The translations under genes and the position numbers were made by a program. The notes beneath the pieces were generated by a model. It was given only the letters and a program-made list of their open reading frames with translations, had not been told where the DNA came from and did no database searches. Below, in pieces: positions 49,203 through 62,639 of a stretch of DNA of 64,000 nt; position 1 is the first letter of the stretch, and each line of letters begins with the position of its first letter. Origin of the DNA: Sminthopsis crassicaudata (Eukaryota); contig NC_133622.1 in the NCBI RefSeq assembly GCF_048593235.1, forward strand, positions 242,327,198-242,391,197, in the 5' to 3' direction.

Positions 49203-52064
49203 GATTTCTTTTTTATTTATCCAACTCTGGGAATAACAAGAGAATTGCTACTATAAATGAAATTTGCAACATTCTGTTATATTCTAGAAATTCTATATGT
49301 CATTATATGAATTATGCTAACATTGAGATAAGTTTTTTCAAAGCTTTCTCTTATAATTGAAAATAAACTTCCTCAACCCCTTAGGAATGTTCATTGAAAG
49401 CTTGGTTTTTAAATGAAATGATGAACCCATGATCCTTTTTCCAAAGTTAAATAGGAACATGTAATAAGATAATATAGGCACATTCTACCAAAAATTATTT
49501 TTAAGATTTATTCTTAAATAAATCTTCAAGAATTATTCTTCCATAAAGAAAGTCTTGGTGGATAAGCCTCAATTTTGTTATTATTGAAAGTCACTTATAT
49601 TCTCTAAAAATTCTGTGCAGTTTTTAATATTTTCTAATGACCCTAGTGCCTGTGAGTACTTGTTCAGACCCATGAGTTAATGCCTGGGATTGAACTCTGT
49701 TCCTATTCTTTACTATCTGTATGCCTGTGAAGTCAATATTTATTATTTATTATTATTATTTTCTGATACACAATTTAAATTAAAGGCTGATAGATCTAGA
49801 AGAGAATCTTAATACCTGACAGAATGTAAGCTCTGTTTGAGAACATCAACTCAATTTTGCCTGTACATGAATCCATTAAATATAACCAACCAAGAATTAT
49901 CTGTATTTAATTTGAAGATGACCAATAAAGAGGAGCTTACCTCTCACTGCTTTGATTCTTAGGAGAATGTTCTTTACAAACACATATACTTATCTACAAG
50001 TTTCATCACTGTTTTTAATTCTAATATCTAAAGTCAGATGGGGAAAAATATATGACCACTTTCATATGATCATTATATCCATAAAGACAGCTATTCTACC
50101 CTCCCCAAAATTATTTTAACAGAATATAAATTTCTAATTCTAATATAAATATTCTAATAATAAATTCAAAATTTTTTTCTCAAATTATGTTTTCTAATTC
50201 TCACCATTCTTGTTGTACTCCTTTGGATTCACTCTGGCTTGTCAAAATCCTTAAAATATGATATCAAGAAGTGAACACAAAACTGCAGATTTGGTTTATA
50301 GAAGTATCAGAAAATAGTAAGACCATTTTTTTTCTCTTGACACTATTCCTTTTTGATTTGTGTAATATGAGATCTGGAAGAAATATTAGAACATAAAAAG
50401 CTTACTTTTTAAATATTTTATGTATAAATTACATGTACATATATTAGCAAAAATTATAATTTTGCTTAAAGCAATGCCATGAGGCATGTGTTTTAATTAC
50501 TATTATATTCATGTTATGATTGATGATGAAAATGAATTAAAAAGAAGGTGACTAGTCTCAAGATATACAAGTGGACAATATGAAAGAAGCCCAAGGTGAA
50601 AATACATTTCTCTATGTCCTAGTATCTAATAATTGTTTAATAAATGCTTGCTGACTATCTTCCAGTACAGTTAGCTATTCTGTGCTATTTAGTGACCTTA
50701 GAAAACACAGTACAATTTTTACCTCACAGACTTTACTATGTAACTGGAAAAATCATAATTTCCTGGGTCTCTTCGATTTTAAGATGAAAATGCTAGACTG
50801 ATAGTAAGACTTTTGTGTCTACAAAGTCTTCTGACCTCATGGTAACTCTCGCAAAAAATAGGAAATGTAAGTAGGTATTTAGACATAATTTGGTAGTCTT
50901 CAAGTAGAGTGTATGTTCATTTTTGCATCTTGCAAAATACCTAATGAAGGTTCAGGGCCTGGCACATAATATTCATTATATTATTGTTGGTTGACTGACA
51001 TTTAATAGCTCACTAAGTATTTGTTCAGTGAATTAATATATGAAAATAAGCCTGATCAAAGTGACTTAAATCTATTCAACTAAATAGATATACATGATCA
51101 TAAAGGATGAATTTCCATAATGAAAAGAAAATTAGATTATTCTTCCTTATAATGTGCTATACCAAGAATATATTATGATAAAGGATATACCAAAGCTGAG
51201 AATTAGAAAGGTACTACACTTATTATTAAGTCAGATCTAATTTAAAAATTGTCCATCCTACCTGTAAAATAAGAGAACAGAAATTGTAGGTTGAATAGAT
51301 TATGAGTGTCATGTATTTAAACCACTTATATGCATTTTCTCCCAGTTATTCAGTGGGGAATAGTCCTGGAGGGATACAGCTCAATCATCTTCTGGGATAA
51401 AGAAGCACTTACAATTTGTAAACAAATGAGTAAGTGGATTTTTTAAGAAATTAGTGTACAAATTAAGGATTACTTCCAGAAGGACCTCTCCTTCTCCCGG
51501 AATATGAAACAGAATAAGTATTTAATATAAATGTGTATAGTGGAAGAACATTAGTTAGGCAATAAAATAATTTGAGTTTTAGTCATATTAACTCCCATTT
51601 GTTTATGTGAGATGCAAAATATATGTTCTCTTTCCATGAGATTTTTAATCCTAAAGCAAAATGATAATATTATCCATCATGTCTTGAAAGAATTCAGACA
51701 TTTCTTTAATGTAATAATATCTCTGGAGTTCTTTCAATTCTTCCATTTTTGTCTTAACATGGAATGGAAGCAACTCTGAGTCTCCAAAAATATATCAATG
51801 CAATAAAAGTTCCAAAAGGTCACATTATGCTTGAGAAGTTTTAAATAGGAAACTAATGACAAATATTGCCAAGTCCTGATATCTTACCTTCAGATTAGCT
51901 AAGCAATGAAGATCTTTTAAGCATTCCAAAGTGTGATTCCCAAATATCTTCACAATTTTATTACATATGACCATTAGGTTTACAAAAATTATGTTGGAGA
52001 TATTTTAAGATCCATTGCATGAGCACAATGGTAATAAGTCAAAGATATTGATATACTAAAATAT

Positions 52065-52424
52065 CCTTCAATGATTGTTACATAATGAGGTGATTCAGGC
52101 CAATTCCAATAGACTTGTGATGGAGAGAGCCATTTTCATAAATCGTTAAATTTTGAGAATGAAGACTATGGGAACTGAATGTGCATTAAACAAAGTATTT
52201 TCATTTTTGTTGTTTTTGTTTGCATGCTTGTTTTTTTTTTTCTCTCATTTTCCCCTTCTTTGATCTGATTTTTTTCTTGTGCAGCATAATAAATATGGAA
52301 ATGTATTTAGAAGAAGTGAACATGTTTACCCTGTATTAATTACTTTGCTATCTAGGAGAAGTGGGAAGGAGGGAAAATATGGAAGAAAAGATTTTGCAAG
52401 GATGAATGTTGAAAATTATCTTTG
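52065..52424 (+). mobile_element. L1 3'UTR lacking its poly(A) end
   Basis: ATGAGGTGATTCAGGCCAATTCC...GAAAATTATCTTTG, followed directly by ORF2 sequence. Confidence 0.8.
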
Positions 52425-52749
52425 ATTAAACAGAGTGACATTATAAGCAAATTAGAAGAACATAGAATAGTTTATCTGCCAAAAGGAAGGAATTTGTGAT
52501 CAAAGAATAACTGGAACTCAGAATTGAACACCAAATCGAAAATTTTGATTATATTAAGTTAAAAAGTTTTTGTACAAAGAAAACTAATGCAGACAATATT
52601 AGAAGGGAAGCAATAAATTAGGAAAATATTCTTACATTTAAGGGTTCTGATAAAGGCTTCATTTCTAAAATATATAGAGAATTGACTCAAATTTGTAAGA
52701 ATTCAAGCCATTCTCTAATTGATAAATGGTCAAAGGATATGAACAGACA
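52425..52749 (+). mobile_element. L1 ORF2 C-terminal fragment
   Basis: SDIISKLEEHRIVY...FDYIKLKSFCT...DKGFISKIYREL...DKWSKDMNR. Confidence 0.85.
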
Positions 52750-55700
52750 TATTTTGTCTACAGTTATTTTAAAGGGAATTTCTATTTCAATCTCTTGCTG
52801 ATTATATTTTACAGTAATATATAGACATGTTGATGATTTGAGTGACTTTATTTTATATAGTGCTACTTTGCTAGACCTGCAAATTATTTTGAATAGGTTT
52901 TTGGATGATTTTCTAAGACTCTTTAAGTATATCATCTCATCTGCAAAGAGTTATAGTTTTATTTTCTCATGGTTTATTCTAATTCTCTTAATTTCTTTTT
53001 CTTTTCTTATCACTAAAACCAACATTTCTAGTACAATGTTGAATAGTAGCAATAATGAGCATTCTAATTTCATCCCTGATTTTATGGAGAATATATACTT
53101 CTCTTCATTACAACTAATACTTGCTCTAGGTTTTACATAGAAACTGCTTGTGATTTTAAACAAAGCTTACTATATCCTTATACTCTCTAATGTTTTTAAT
53201 AGGAATGAGTTCTTTATTTTGTCAAAAAATTTTTTTGCATCTATTGTGTTAAGTCAGGGCTAGCTCCCTGGAGGTCTCAGGATCAGCCAGAGTCAGGATA
53301 AGTAAAAGTCCTTGGTCTTTAGGGGGAGAAGCAGCCAAAGTTTTGCCAAAGAACTCTTCTGGAGTTCAGAGTCTCCATCTTTCTCCTCCTAATCCTGGCC
53401 AAGTGAGTCTCTGACCTCTTTTACCCAACCCTCTAATCCTTGCCTATGATTATCTTAACCCCAAACATTGAGCCAGCATCAAACAGTGAAAAGGGCCATT
53501 TTCCCAAACATATGCTAATAGAGTCTTTGGTCTTATATGGAATAGGTAATTAGCCTTATGTGCTTGGTTGTCTGATTCAAGTACACCATTTCATAGTTTC
53601 AGGCCTTCACATATTGATATTATCCAATCCTTCATACCTGCTATAAATTCCATTTTGTCATAGTATAATATCCAGCTGATAAGTTGATATAACCTCTTTA
53701 CTAACATTTTATTTAAAATGTTTGCATTCATTAGAGAGATTGGTCTATAATTTTCATTCTTTGTTTTAGCTCTTCCTGGTTCAGTATCCTATTTTTGTAA
53801 TAAAAGGCATTTGGCAATACTCCTTTACCTATTTTTCCAAATAGTTTACATAGTATTGGAATTAATTCTTCTTCAAATGTTTGGTAGAATTCACTTGTGG
53901 AGCCATCTGGTACTGGAGATTTTTTTTTTTTTCCTTAGGGAGTTCATTAATGACTTGTTCAATTTCTTTTCCTAAAATGAGATTACTTAAATAATTTAAT
54001 TATCTAATTTTAATCTGGGCAATTTATATTTTTGTAAATCTTCATACATTCCAATTAGATTATCAGATTTGTTGGCCGTACAATTGGTCAAAATAGTTGC
54101 TAATTATTGCTTTAATTTATTTTTCATTGGTGGTATATTTACCCTTTTCATTTTTTTGAGGCTGATGATTTTTTTCCTTTCCTTTTTCTAATCAAATTAA
54201 CCAAATGTTTACATATTTATTAGGTTTTCATAAAACAAATTCTTAGTTTTATTAATAGTTCAATAGATTTCTTAGTTTCAATTTTACTAATTTCTCCTTT
54301 GAGTTTCATGATTTTTAATTTGGCATATAATTGGGGACTTTTTTTTTTTCAAGTCTTTTTAGTTGCATTCCAAATGCAATAATCTCCTCTTTCTTTGTTT
54401 TTTTTTCATGTATCTATTTAGAGATTTAAAAAAAAAAATACTCTCAGAACTGCTTTGGGTGTATCTCATGGGTTTTGTTATGTTGTCTCATTATGGTTCT
54501 TCTCTTCAATGAAATTATGGATTATCCCTGTCCTTTGTTGTTTAACCACACTCATTTTTTAGTCTTAGATTATTTAATTTACAATTGACTTTTAGTCTGC
54601 CTGTCCCTGGCCCCTAACTGAATATAATTTTTATTGCAATTTGGCCTGAAAAGGAAGCATTTACTATTTCTATTTTTCTGTATTTGATTGTAAGATTTTT
54701 ATGCCCTAATACATGGTCAATTTTTGTGTACATTCCATTTACTGTTGAGAAAAAGGTGTATTTCTTTCTGTCCCTATTCAGTTTTCTCCAGAGTATGTAG
54801 TATATGTAGTATATGTAGATTTATTTGGATTATATTAACTTTCATAATTTCTTTCTTGTTTATTTTGTGATTAGATTTGTGTGATTCTGAGAAGGAAAAA
54901 TTGTGGTTCCCCAATAGTATAGTTTTGCTTTTTATTTCTACCTGTAACTAGCTTAAATTTTTTCTAGGAATTTGGCTGATTTATCTCTTGGCGCATTTAG
55001 TATAGTTACTACTTCAATGTATATAGTATCTTTTATCAAGATACACTTTTCTTCCTTATCTCTCCTAATTAGGTCCATTTTTTTCTATGCATCCCTCAAG
55101 TCCTGTGTTTGTAGATGAAATTTTCTAGTTATTTCTGTTTTGTTTTGTTTTTTTCAATAGAAATATTTGAAAGTCTCTTATTTCATTGAAAATCAGTCAG
55201 CTCCTCTGAAAGATGATTCCAAGTCTCATTGGGTAATTAATTTTTGGTTGTAACCCTAAGTCCTTTGATTTTAGCAATATGTCATTGCAGTCCCTCTGAT
55301 CATGTAATGTAGAAGAATCTGCCAGATCTTGGGTAATCCTGACTGTTACTCCTGGATATTTGAATTGTTTATGTCTGGAAGCTTGCAGTATTTTTTTCTT
55401 TTAGATTGTAGTTTTGGGGAATTGCAAAAATTATTCCTTGGGGTTTTCCTTGTGGGATCTCTTTCCAAAGGTCAATCAATCAATTCTTTCAATGAGTATT
55501 TTCCCCATTATTTCTAGAATATCGGGCATTTTTCCTTAAATTAACTCTTGAAGAATGCTATCCTGGCCCTTCTTTTGATCATGGACTTTCAGTAGGACAA
55601 TAATTTTTAAATCATCTTTTCTGGATCTATTTTCCATGTCAACTCTTTTTCCAATGAGGTATGTCCATCCAATTTGTCATTCTTTTTAGTTCGCTTGACT

Positions 55701-56697
55701 GATTCCTGCTATCATAAAGAATCATGAGCTTCCATTAGCCTCATGGCAGTTTTTTTTTTTTTTTTTTTTTAATGTGTGCTTTTTTTTAAATTAGCATTTG
55801 TATCTCATTTTCCATTTGGTAAATTCTACTTTTGAAGCTATTGTTTTCTTCATTTTTTTATTTGGCTAATTGTATTTTGTAAGGAGCTGTTTTCTTCAGT
55901 AAATTTGGTCCTTCCTTTTCTAAGCTGATGACTATCTTGCATATCGTCCATTTCTTTTCTCATTTTTCCTCTACTTCTCTTATTTGTCTTTTAAAATATT
56001 TTATGAGCACTTCTAAGAAGACTCTTTGGTCTTGAGATAAGTTCATATCAGTCTTTGAGAAATCCTCTGTAGACATTTTATCATCACCTGAATTGGTGTT
56101 TTGATATTCTCTCATCCTAGTAGATTTCTATTGTCTGTCATTTTTGTTTTTTCTGTTTCTTGCTCATTTTCTTTCCAGTTCTTTTGGTATTTCCCCTGCT
56201 TTTTGTTTTTGTTTTATTTGGGTTTTTTGCTTTTTTTTTTTTTTTTTTAACTTTTAAGGTGGAGCTTTGCTCCTGGGATAAAGGAGATGCTCTCCAAAGC
56301 TTCCTGTGAAGCTCTGAGCCTTCTTTTGGGCACAGGGGTCCCTTGTGTTTGCTAGGATTAACTTTGCCTCTTCTTTTCCAGAAAAGCCTGGTCCCCAAGA
56401 GTTTGTTTTCTGAGCTAGGACTGGAGGCTTCTCCACTAATTTGCTCCTACATTGAAAAAGAATGAAATTATCAGTTGTTGATTTGCTGTAATTAAGATGC
56501 TCTCACTGGTTTTCCCAGAGTCTATATGAATTAGGGTGAACATCCTTTTCACCCCAGTGAGATTGACCTTTCTTGCAATTTTTCCAATCTGTTTTGAGTT
56601 GAAGAATGATTTCATTCCAACAGATGCTCTTCAGAGGCTTTGTTTCATGTGGTATTCAAGGTCAACAATCTTCCTGGCTTTATTCTGCCATCATCGC
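52750..56697 (-). mobile_element. 5'-intact, 3'-truncated degraded L1 (5'UTR, ORF1, ORF2 endonuclease through RT)
   Basis: 5' end GATGGCAGAAT at about 56695; ORF1 start MSKKQKK; LFADDMIYL..SSK..YKI remnants near 52950; interrupted by an LTR. Confidence 0.88.
53247..53611 (-). mobile_element. Solo LTR (365 bp) nested in L1 ORF2
   Basis: TG...CA termini and a perfect 5-bp TSD TATTG (53242-53246, 53612-53616); L1 sequence resumes on both sides. Confidence 0.9.
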
Positions 56698-57729
56698 TAG
56701 TCCTTGAATTAAAAAAAAAATGTTTTTCTTATTTTTCTAGATTTGGAAACAACTTAAAACGCTTCCTAATTAAACTGCCTTTGCAATACAAAATATAATT
56801 AAAGAAGTATCAAGTTTTGGGAGAGTAGTCCAGAATGTGCAGACTTTACAAAAGATACATAGCCAAAAAGTGTCTTTTATAGCTCATTTGCAAAATTAAA
56901 AATTATTTTAGCAACAGGCTATTGGTGAAGGGGATTTTTCCATGTCTAAGAGTGAGACCAGGATCTAAGAGTTAGGGAAGAGTTTGGGCAGATGCTAGTC
57001 AAGAACAAACTCACATAAGTGTTATGCTTATATGCTAAATTTCATGTTGAGACCAGAGGACTTGAGTATGCTTTTAGATATGCTAACAAGACAGTCTCAG
57101 AAATGTATTTATTTTTTGTGTGACAGTTGACACAGCATTGTCTTCATGAAAGTTCTACATTACTGTGCATAATGGAGACACGATAGGCTCATCAAAGTTC
57201 CTGCTCCATATTAAATATACTGTAGATAGTCACTGAACTCAGTTTCTGCCACTTCTAAAATTTGAAGAAGGGATTCTAAGAAGAGAAAACTAAATGGAAG
57301 CAAACAACAGGGAAAACAAAACTACTCATTACATGTTTATCATGTGCCAGGTACTATTCTAAACACTTGGGAAAGTCAATCTTCTATTCTATTGAGGGAA
57401 GATAATCATCAAAAATGGTTGAAAAAAGGGAAGGAGTAATGGTACCCTACCTGACTAGTCATGGCAGCTCTCTTATATGGAAAGTATCAAATAAATCTGG
57501 AATAGGTTGGACACCAGAAAGAAGTCAGTTAAAGCTCCTACCTCATGATATTTCATGAGGATCAAGTGAGATAATGTATGTAAAGTGCATTGTAAAACTT
57601 ATTTGATATTCACATCATTAGGATATTTAGGTACTCTAAGACTAAATCTGACTGCAGAAAATAAATAAATGATCCTGGTTAATGTGTTACTCCTAATGAC
57701 AAATCCAAGTGTGCTCTCAAAGTGATGAC

Positions 57730-58013
57730 ATTCCCATGGGATGAATTGGAAGCTAGGAAAGAGAGGCATCATGTCAGAGACTTCTAATTATTTGCTTATA
57801 ATGATATTCAAAAATATAATTTGGCTAATTAGTGTGATTTTTTCCCATTGCCAGAGATTTTATGAGAAATGTCATTGCAATCATTTCTTCTCCATATAAT
57901 TGAACTTCTGGGAGATGATAGATCCCAAAGGTAAAGACTTTGCCATAAATCTGTCTCAGTCTCTCAGCATTTCCTCTTTGTGGTAAACACAGAATACATT
58001 TCCAAAGGTAAGT
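57730..58013 (+). promoter_or_regulatory. Putative promoter/non-coding exon 1 of OR5M9
   Basis: Palindromic O/E site TCCCATGGGA at 57732-57741; CTAATTAG at 57825-57832; ACTTCTGGGAGATG at 57904-57917; consensus donor AAG|GTAAGT at 58008. Confidence 0.6.
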
Positions 58014-58706
58014 TTTATAGGTATTATTCTGAATATGAAAGGGATAAATAATTATTCTTTAAACCAGCCTTACAAATCTTTCTAAAACACAGGGTATAGG
58101 AAAAAGAAACTTGCATCTCTCTAAATCATTATTGAGCTAGAAGTAGATATGCCTTTTATAATACATATGAGGCAACAAAAAATAGTGCATAGATAGCTAA
58201 CTAGGATGACTTGCATATGTTTAAGACTCATCATCAGTACACAGATACTCTATGATGTTACTCAGGTTATGTAACTTCATGTTGTAGGAAGTTTTAGAAG
58301 ACTATGTTATGGACAAGGAGAAAGAAAATAAGTTGCCTTCCAGTCTCTATCTTTAATAATGCTAATATGAGTAAAGGTATCTTAGCTGTCTTCCCATGAT
58401 AGAATCTTTGTTCCTAGAAGGTACTGAAATCTTTGTCTCCAAATCAATTTTTATTCTTCTGAAATTTATCTAATAATATAATTTGTCACACTTAACATCT
58501 ACTCTAAAAAATGACATATCAGAAGCCATTATTAATGTCTCCTCCCTTAGATTATTATTAAAACAAGCAAATAGCAAATTTGCTTATCCTATTTGAGAGA
58601 GTGTGCATTTTATAAGGGATCCATTGTGGTCACCTTCCCTCAGGAAGGTGAATAGAACTTGATCTCATTTTCTAATGATCTTTTACGATGAGAATTTGAT
58701 CAGTTG

Positions 58707-58954
58707 NNNNNNNNNNNNNNNNNNNNNNNNNNNNNNNNNNNNNNNNNNNNNNNNNNNNNNNNNNNNNNNNNNNNNNNNNNNNNNNNNNNNNNNNNNNNNN
58801 NNNNNNNNNNNNNNNNNNNNNNNNNNNNNNNNNNNNNNNNNNNNNNNNNNNNNNNNNNNNNNNNNNNNNNNNNNNNNNNNNNNNNNNNNNNNNNNNNNNN
58901 NNNNNNNNNNNNNNNNNNNNNNNNNNNNNNNNNNNNNNNNNNNNNNNNNNNNNN
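58707..58954. other. Assembly gap (N run) inside the predicted OR5M9 intron
   Basis: 248 N. Confidence 0.99.
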
Positions 58955-60593
58955 GGAAAATAATCATCTCTATTTATTCATAACTATTTTCCTATTATTT
59001 ATGTGGACCTAAAGGGAAAAGTAAATATTTTTAAATGCAGTGACTAACCTCTCTAGGAGATTTAGATTATCCATATAATTCAATGTAAACTTTAAGGTTA
59101 CTAATAGTTTCAAATTTTTTAAATAAATTTTAGAATCTTATAGAGTCACATTATTACTTCTTTGTCAAGTTTTAGATGAAGCCTAAGTCTAGGGAAAAAT
59201 ACTCTATAGAGAGTCATAAATCCTGTTGAAGGTTTCTATTTTATTCATATAGACATACCACCAACTGAAATAGATCAGCAATTCCTTTGTAACATCACAC
59301 GTTTGAGAGTCGTTAGTGGCAAATGGGTGATCTGATTTACCATTGGCCACTTTACAAATATGTGAATTTCTGAATGCAATTTTTGGTTAGTCATATTACT
59401 AGCTTGTCAATACTTAGTGATCTATTTTGAGCTTTCTTGACAGAGATACCGTAGTTACATGCTATTTCTTTTTTCAATTCTTTTTACAAATGAGGAACCT
59501 AAGATAAATTGAGTAAAGTAACTTTTCCAGAGTCACACAATTTGTAAATGTATGATATGATTCAAACTTAGATATTCTTAATTCCAGACCTGTTGTTCTA
59601 GCCACTGTACCAAGTAGCTACTTGAATAATTTAGATAATTTTTGAACTCTAGCCTTCCTTATGCCAAAGAAAGCTAATTCCACACTGCCACGCTAGGGAA
59701 ATTTATAGAATTCTAAGCAAACATATGTATTTAGTATTTACTGCATTCAAAATATTGTGATAGATGCTCAATGGGATAAGGAGGAAAATGAAAATTCTTA
59801 AGGTTGATAAGATATAATTCCTATTGCTATCATAGCACTTGATAACAGCAATACAGAAAATGTAAACAAAGTGCTATGTTAGATTTCAGAGTGAAATTAT
59901 AAGTTGAATTGCTGTAACCTAAATAAATTTCTACAAAACTCCTACAAACAGTCATTTAAGCCTATAGAGATCATGAAAGGTTTTCTAAACATATAGGAGT
60001 TGGTGCTAGAAAAACTAGAGTCATTCTAGTTCAGATGAACTATGATCTAGGCTTAATGGTATAATAAAATAAAAGAATATAGTTAATACTAACTTTTTTA
60101 TAAGAATGGCATCAAGGACCTGTGCTTTCATCCATGGGAGCAAACTAAACCAATTTATAATGTTAGAGCATTACAGAGTTCTGAGACACAGAGATTTGAT
60201 TGGTAATTAAGTTAAAAAGTGACAAAATAAAGATTTGTAACCGTGACCCCATTTTTGGGCCAATCTTCTATCTACTGTTCCATGACCCATCTCACATTAT
60301 AAGATATATTGAATTAAATACTTTGGATCATGATATTATTGTATCTCTAAACTCCCATTCCTTTTCTGTTCTCTGAAGAGAACTACAGTGATATTAAGGT
60401 GTAGAGAAAAGGAAATATGTAAAAATTTTTAAAAGTTAAAAGACTGGTATATTTTTTTTTAATTTTTGTTTTATAAGAAATAAGTATAAACAAAATTGTT
60501 GCCATTGTTGAGGGCATTGAAAAATTCTTTTTTTTTTTCTCTCAACAGAAAATACAGAGCAAATAACTTTAAGCCTGATGCAGACCTAAGGCA

Positions 60594-61532
60594 ATGTCAA
60601 GCCCAAATTACACAGATGTGACTGAATTCATTCTTTTGGGTCTGACTAGTCGTCAAGAACTTCAGGTCCTGTTTTTTGTGGTATTCTTAATTGTATATGT
60701 TATCACTCTGGTGGGGAATCTCGGAATGATCATGCTAATCGGTGTCAGTCCCCAGCTCCAGAGTCCCATGTACTTCTTTCTCAGCCATTTGTCTTTTGTG
60801 GATGTCTGGTTTTCCTCTAATGTCACCCCAAAGATGCTAGAAAACTTATTATCCAAGACCAAAACCATTTCCTATGTTGGATGTTTAATACAATGTTATT
60901 TTTTCATTGCTCTCGTCCATGTAGAGGTTTACATCCTGGCTGTGATGGCCTTTGATCGATTTATGGCCATCTGCAACCCCCTGCTTTATGGGAGCAAAAT
61001 GTCAAGGACAGTTTGTATTCGGTTAATCTCAGTACCCTATGTTTATGGCTTTTCGGTAAGCCTCATTTGCACCTTGTGGACTTATGGTTTGTATTTCTGT
61101 GGAAACTTTGAAATCAACCACTTCTATTGTGCAGATCCTCCACTCATCAAGATAGCCTGTGGTGGTATCCACATCAAGGAATATACCATGATTGTCATAG
61201 CAGGAATTAATTTCACATACTCGCTCTCTGTGGTGCTGATCTCTTATACATTTATTGTCATAGCCATCCTCCGCATGCGCTCTGCAGAAGGGAGAAAGAA
61301 GGCTTTCTCCACCTGTGGCTCTCACCTCACAGCTGTTACTATGTTTTATGGAACACTCATTTTCATGTATCTCAGGCGCCCCACAGAAGAGTCTGTAGAA
61401 CAGGGGAAAATGGTGGCTGTGTTTTATACCACAGTCATTCCTATGTTGAACCCCATGATCTATAGTCTGAGGAATAAGGATGTAAAAGAGGCAATGAACA
61501 AAGCTATTCATAGAGCTTGTTTTGTGAAATAA
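60594..61532 (+). CDS. OR5M9: Olfactory receptor OR5M9 orthologue, intact, 312 aa
   Basis: [63 protein letters not shown] and [14 protein letters not shown] match human OR5M9 as recalled; acceptor AG at 60547-60548. Confidence 0.95.
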   Translation: MSSPNYTDVTEFILLGLTSRQELQVLFFVVFLIVYVITLVGNLGMIMLIGVSPQLQSPMYFFLSHLSFVDVWFSSNVTPKMLENLLSKTKTISYVGCLIQCYFFIALVHVEVYILAVMAFDRFMAICNPLLYGSKMSRTVCIRLISVPYVYGFSVSLICTLWTYGLYFCGNFEINHFYCADPPLIKIACGGIHIKEYTMIVIAGINFTYSLSVVLISYTFIVIAILRMRSAEGRKKAFSTCGSHLTAVTMFYGTLIFMYLRRPTEESVEQGKMVAVFYTTVIPMLNPMIYSLRNKDVKEAMNKAIHRACFVK

Positions 61533-62639
61533 TTCAAAGAATCAATTGTCTTCAAATATGAAAAATGTAATAATAATAATAAGGTCCTAGAGTTGTGAGG
61601 GATACCAAAGTTCTTCTTCAACTTCAAGTTCCACTCAAACAAGCATAACATCAATTTGTCTCTGATGAATTGTCATATACTTTGATGGCTCCAGGTGGTG
61701 CTGTATTTAAAGCATGGAGCCAGGAAGAACTGTATCTCAGACTTTTGACAGTTGCACAATTCTAGGCATGCATTTTAATCTCTGCTTTCCTTAGGTTCCT
61801 TAATTGCAATAGAGGGATAATTAAAAATCAACTTTATGGTGATTTGTCAAGATCAAATGAGATAATAATTGAAATTCAGTTGGCATTGTGTCTGGCACAT
61901 AATAAGGTATTTATAAAAGTTTGTTATTGCTATTGTTATTACTGTTACTATTCTTACAAGACTCATTTTAAATTCTCTTTTGTAAAGAAGGACTTTTACC
62001 ATTCCCCTTGCTACTACTTTTTTCCTCTAAAGTGGACTTCTAACTACTGTTGAGGGCATCTTCTATTTCCAGCAGTAGAAGATAAAGGGGATTTATTTTA
62101 GGCAATGATAAGCACTGTCCTTTATAACTGTTTAGTGATAGTTGATTCTTTAGTCAACTCCACAAAGTTACCAAGTTAACACATAGACAATCTAGCTGCC
62201 AAAACACTTCATACAGAAACAAGTCAGCCTTAATGTATTAGAGTTCCTTACCAGCTCTTTCTGTCTCTCTCACTAACCAGCCTCAGGGTGTGGATTTAGA
62301 AAAGGGCCAAAGACTGGCCTTTCAATCTTTGATCATCTTCAATGAAAAATTCATCTAAAAGGAATATTATAGTATAAATACGCTTATGAAAATGAACCCC
62401 TCACAAAATGTAGTGTTTCTATCTCACTATCTCTATATTCTACTCCTCATTTCCTTAATTTCATCAAATTAATTGAGAAAACTCAAAAGAAAATTGCCTA
62501 CTTCCCTCTTCCTCTACTCTCATACTTCATCAAAAAATACTATTTCTAATCTACAGTAAAGCATGAAATCAGGCTCATTATCTCCTACATTTATCTTCAT
62601 GTAGACTTCCATTAATAATTATGTAATACTCAAGAAGTT

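Noticed and set aside
61029-61511. 160-aa antisense ORF inside OR5M9, and the homologous 100-aa one at 38713-39015
   Set aside because: Shadow frames arising from hydrophobic codon usage on the sense strand; no independent signals or recognisable domain.
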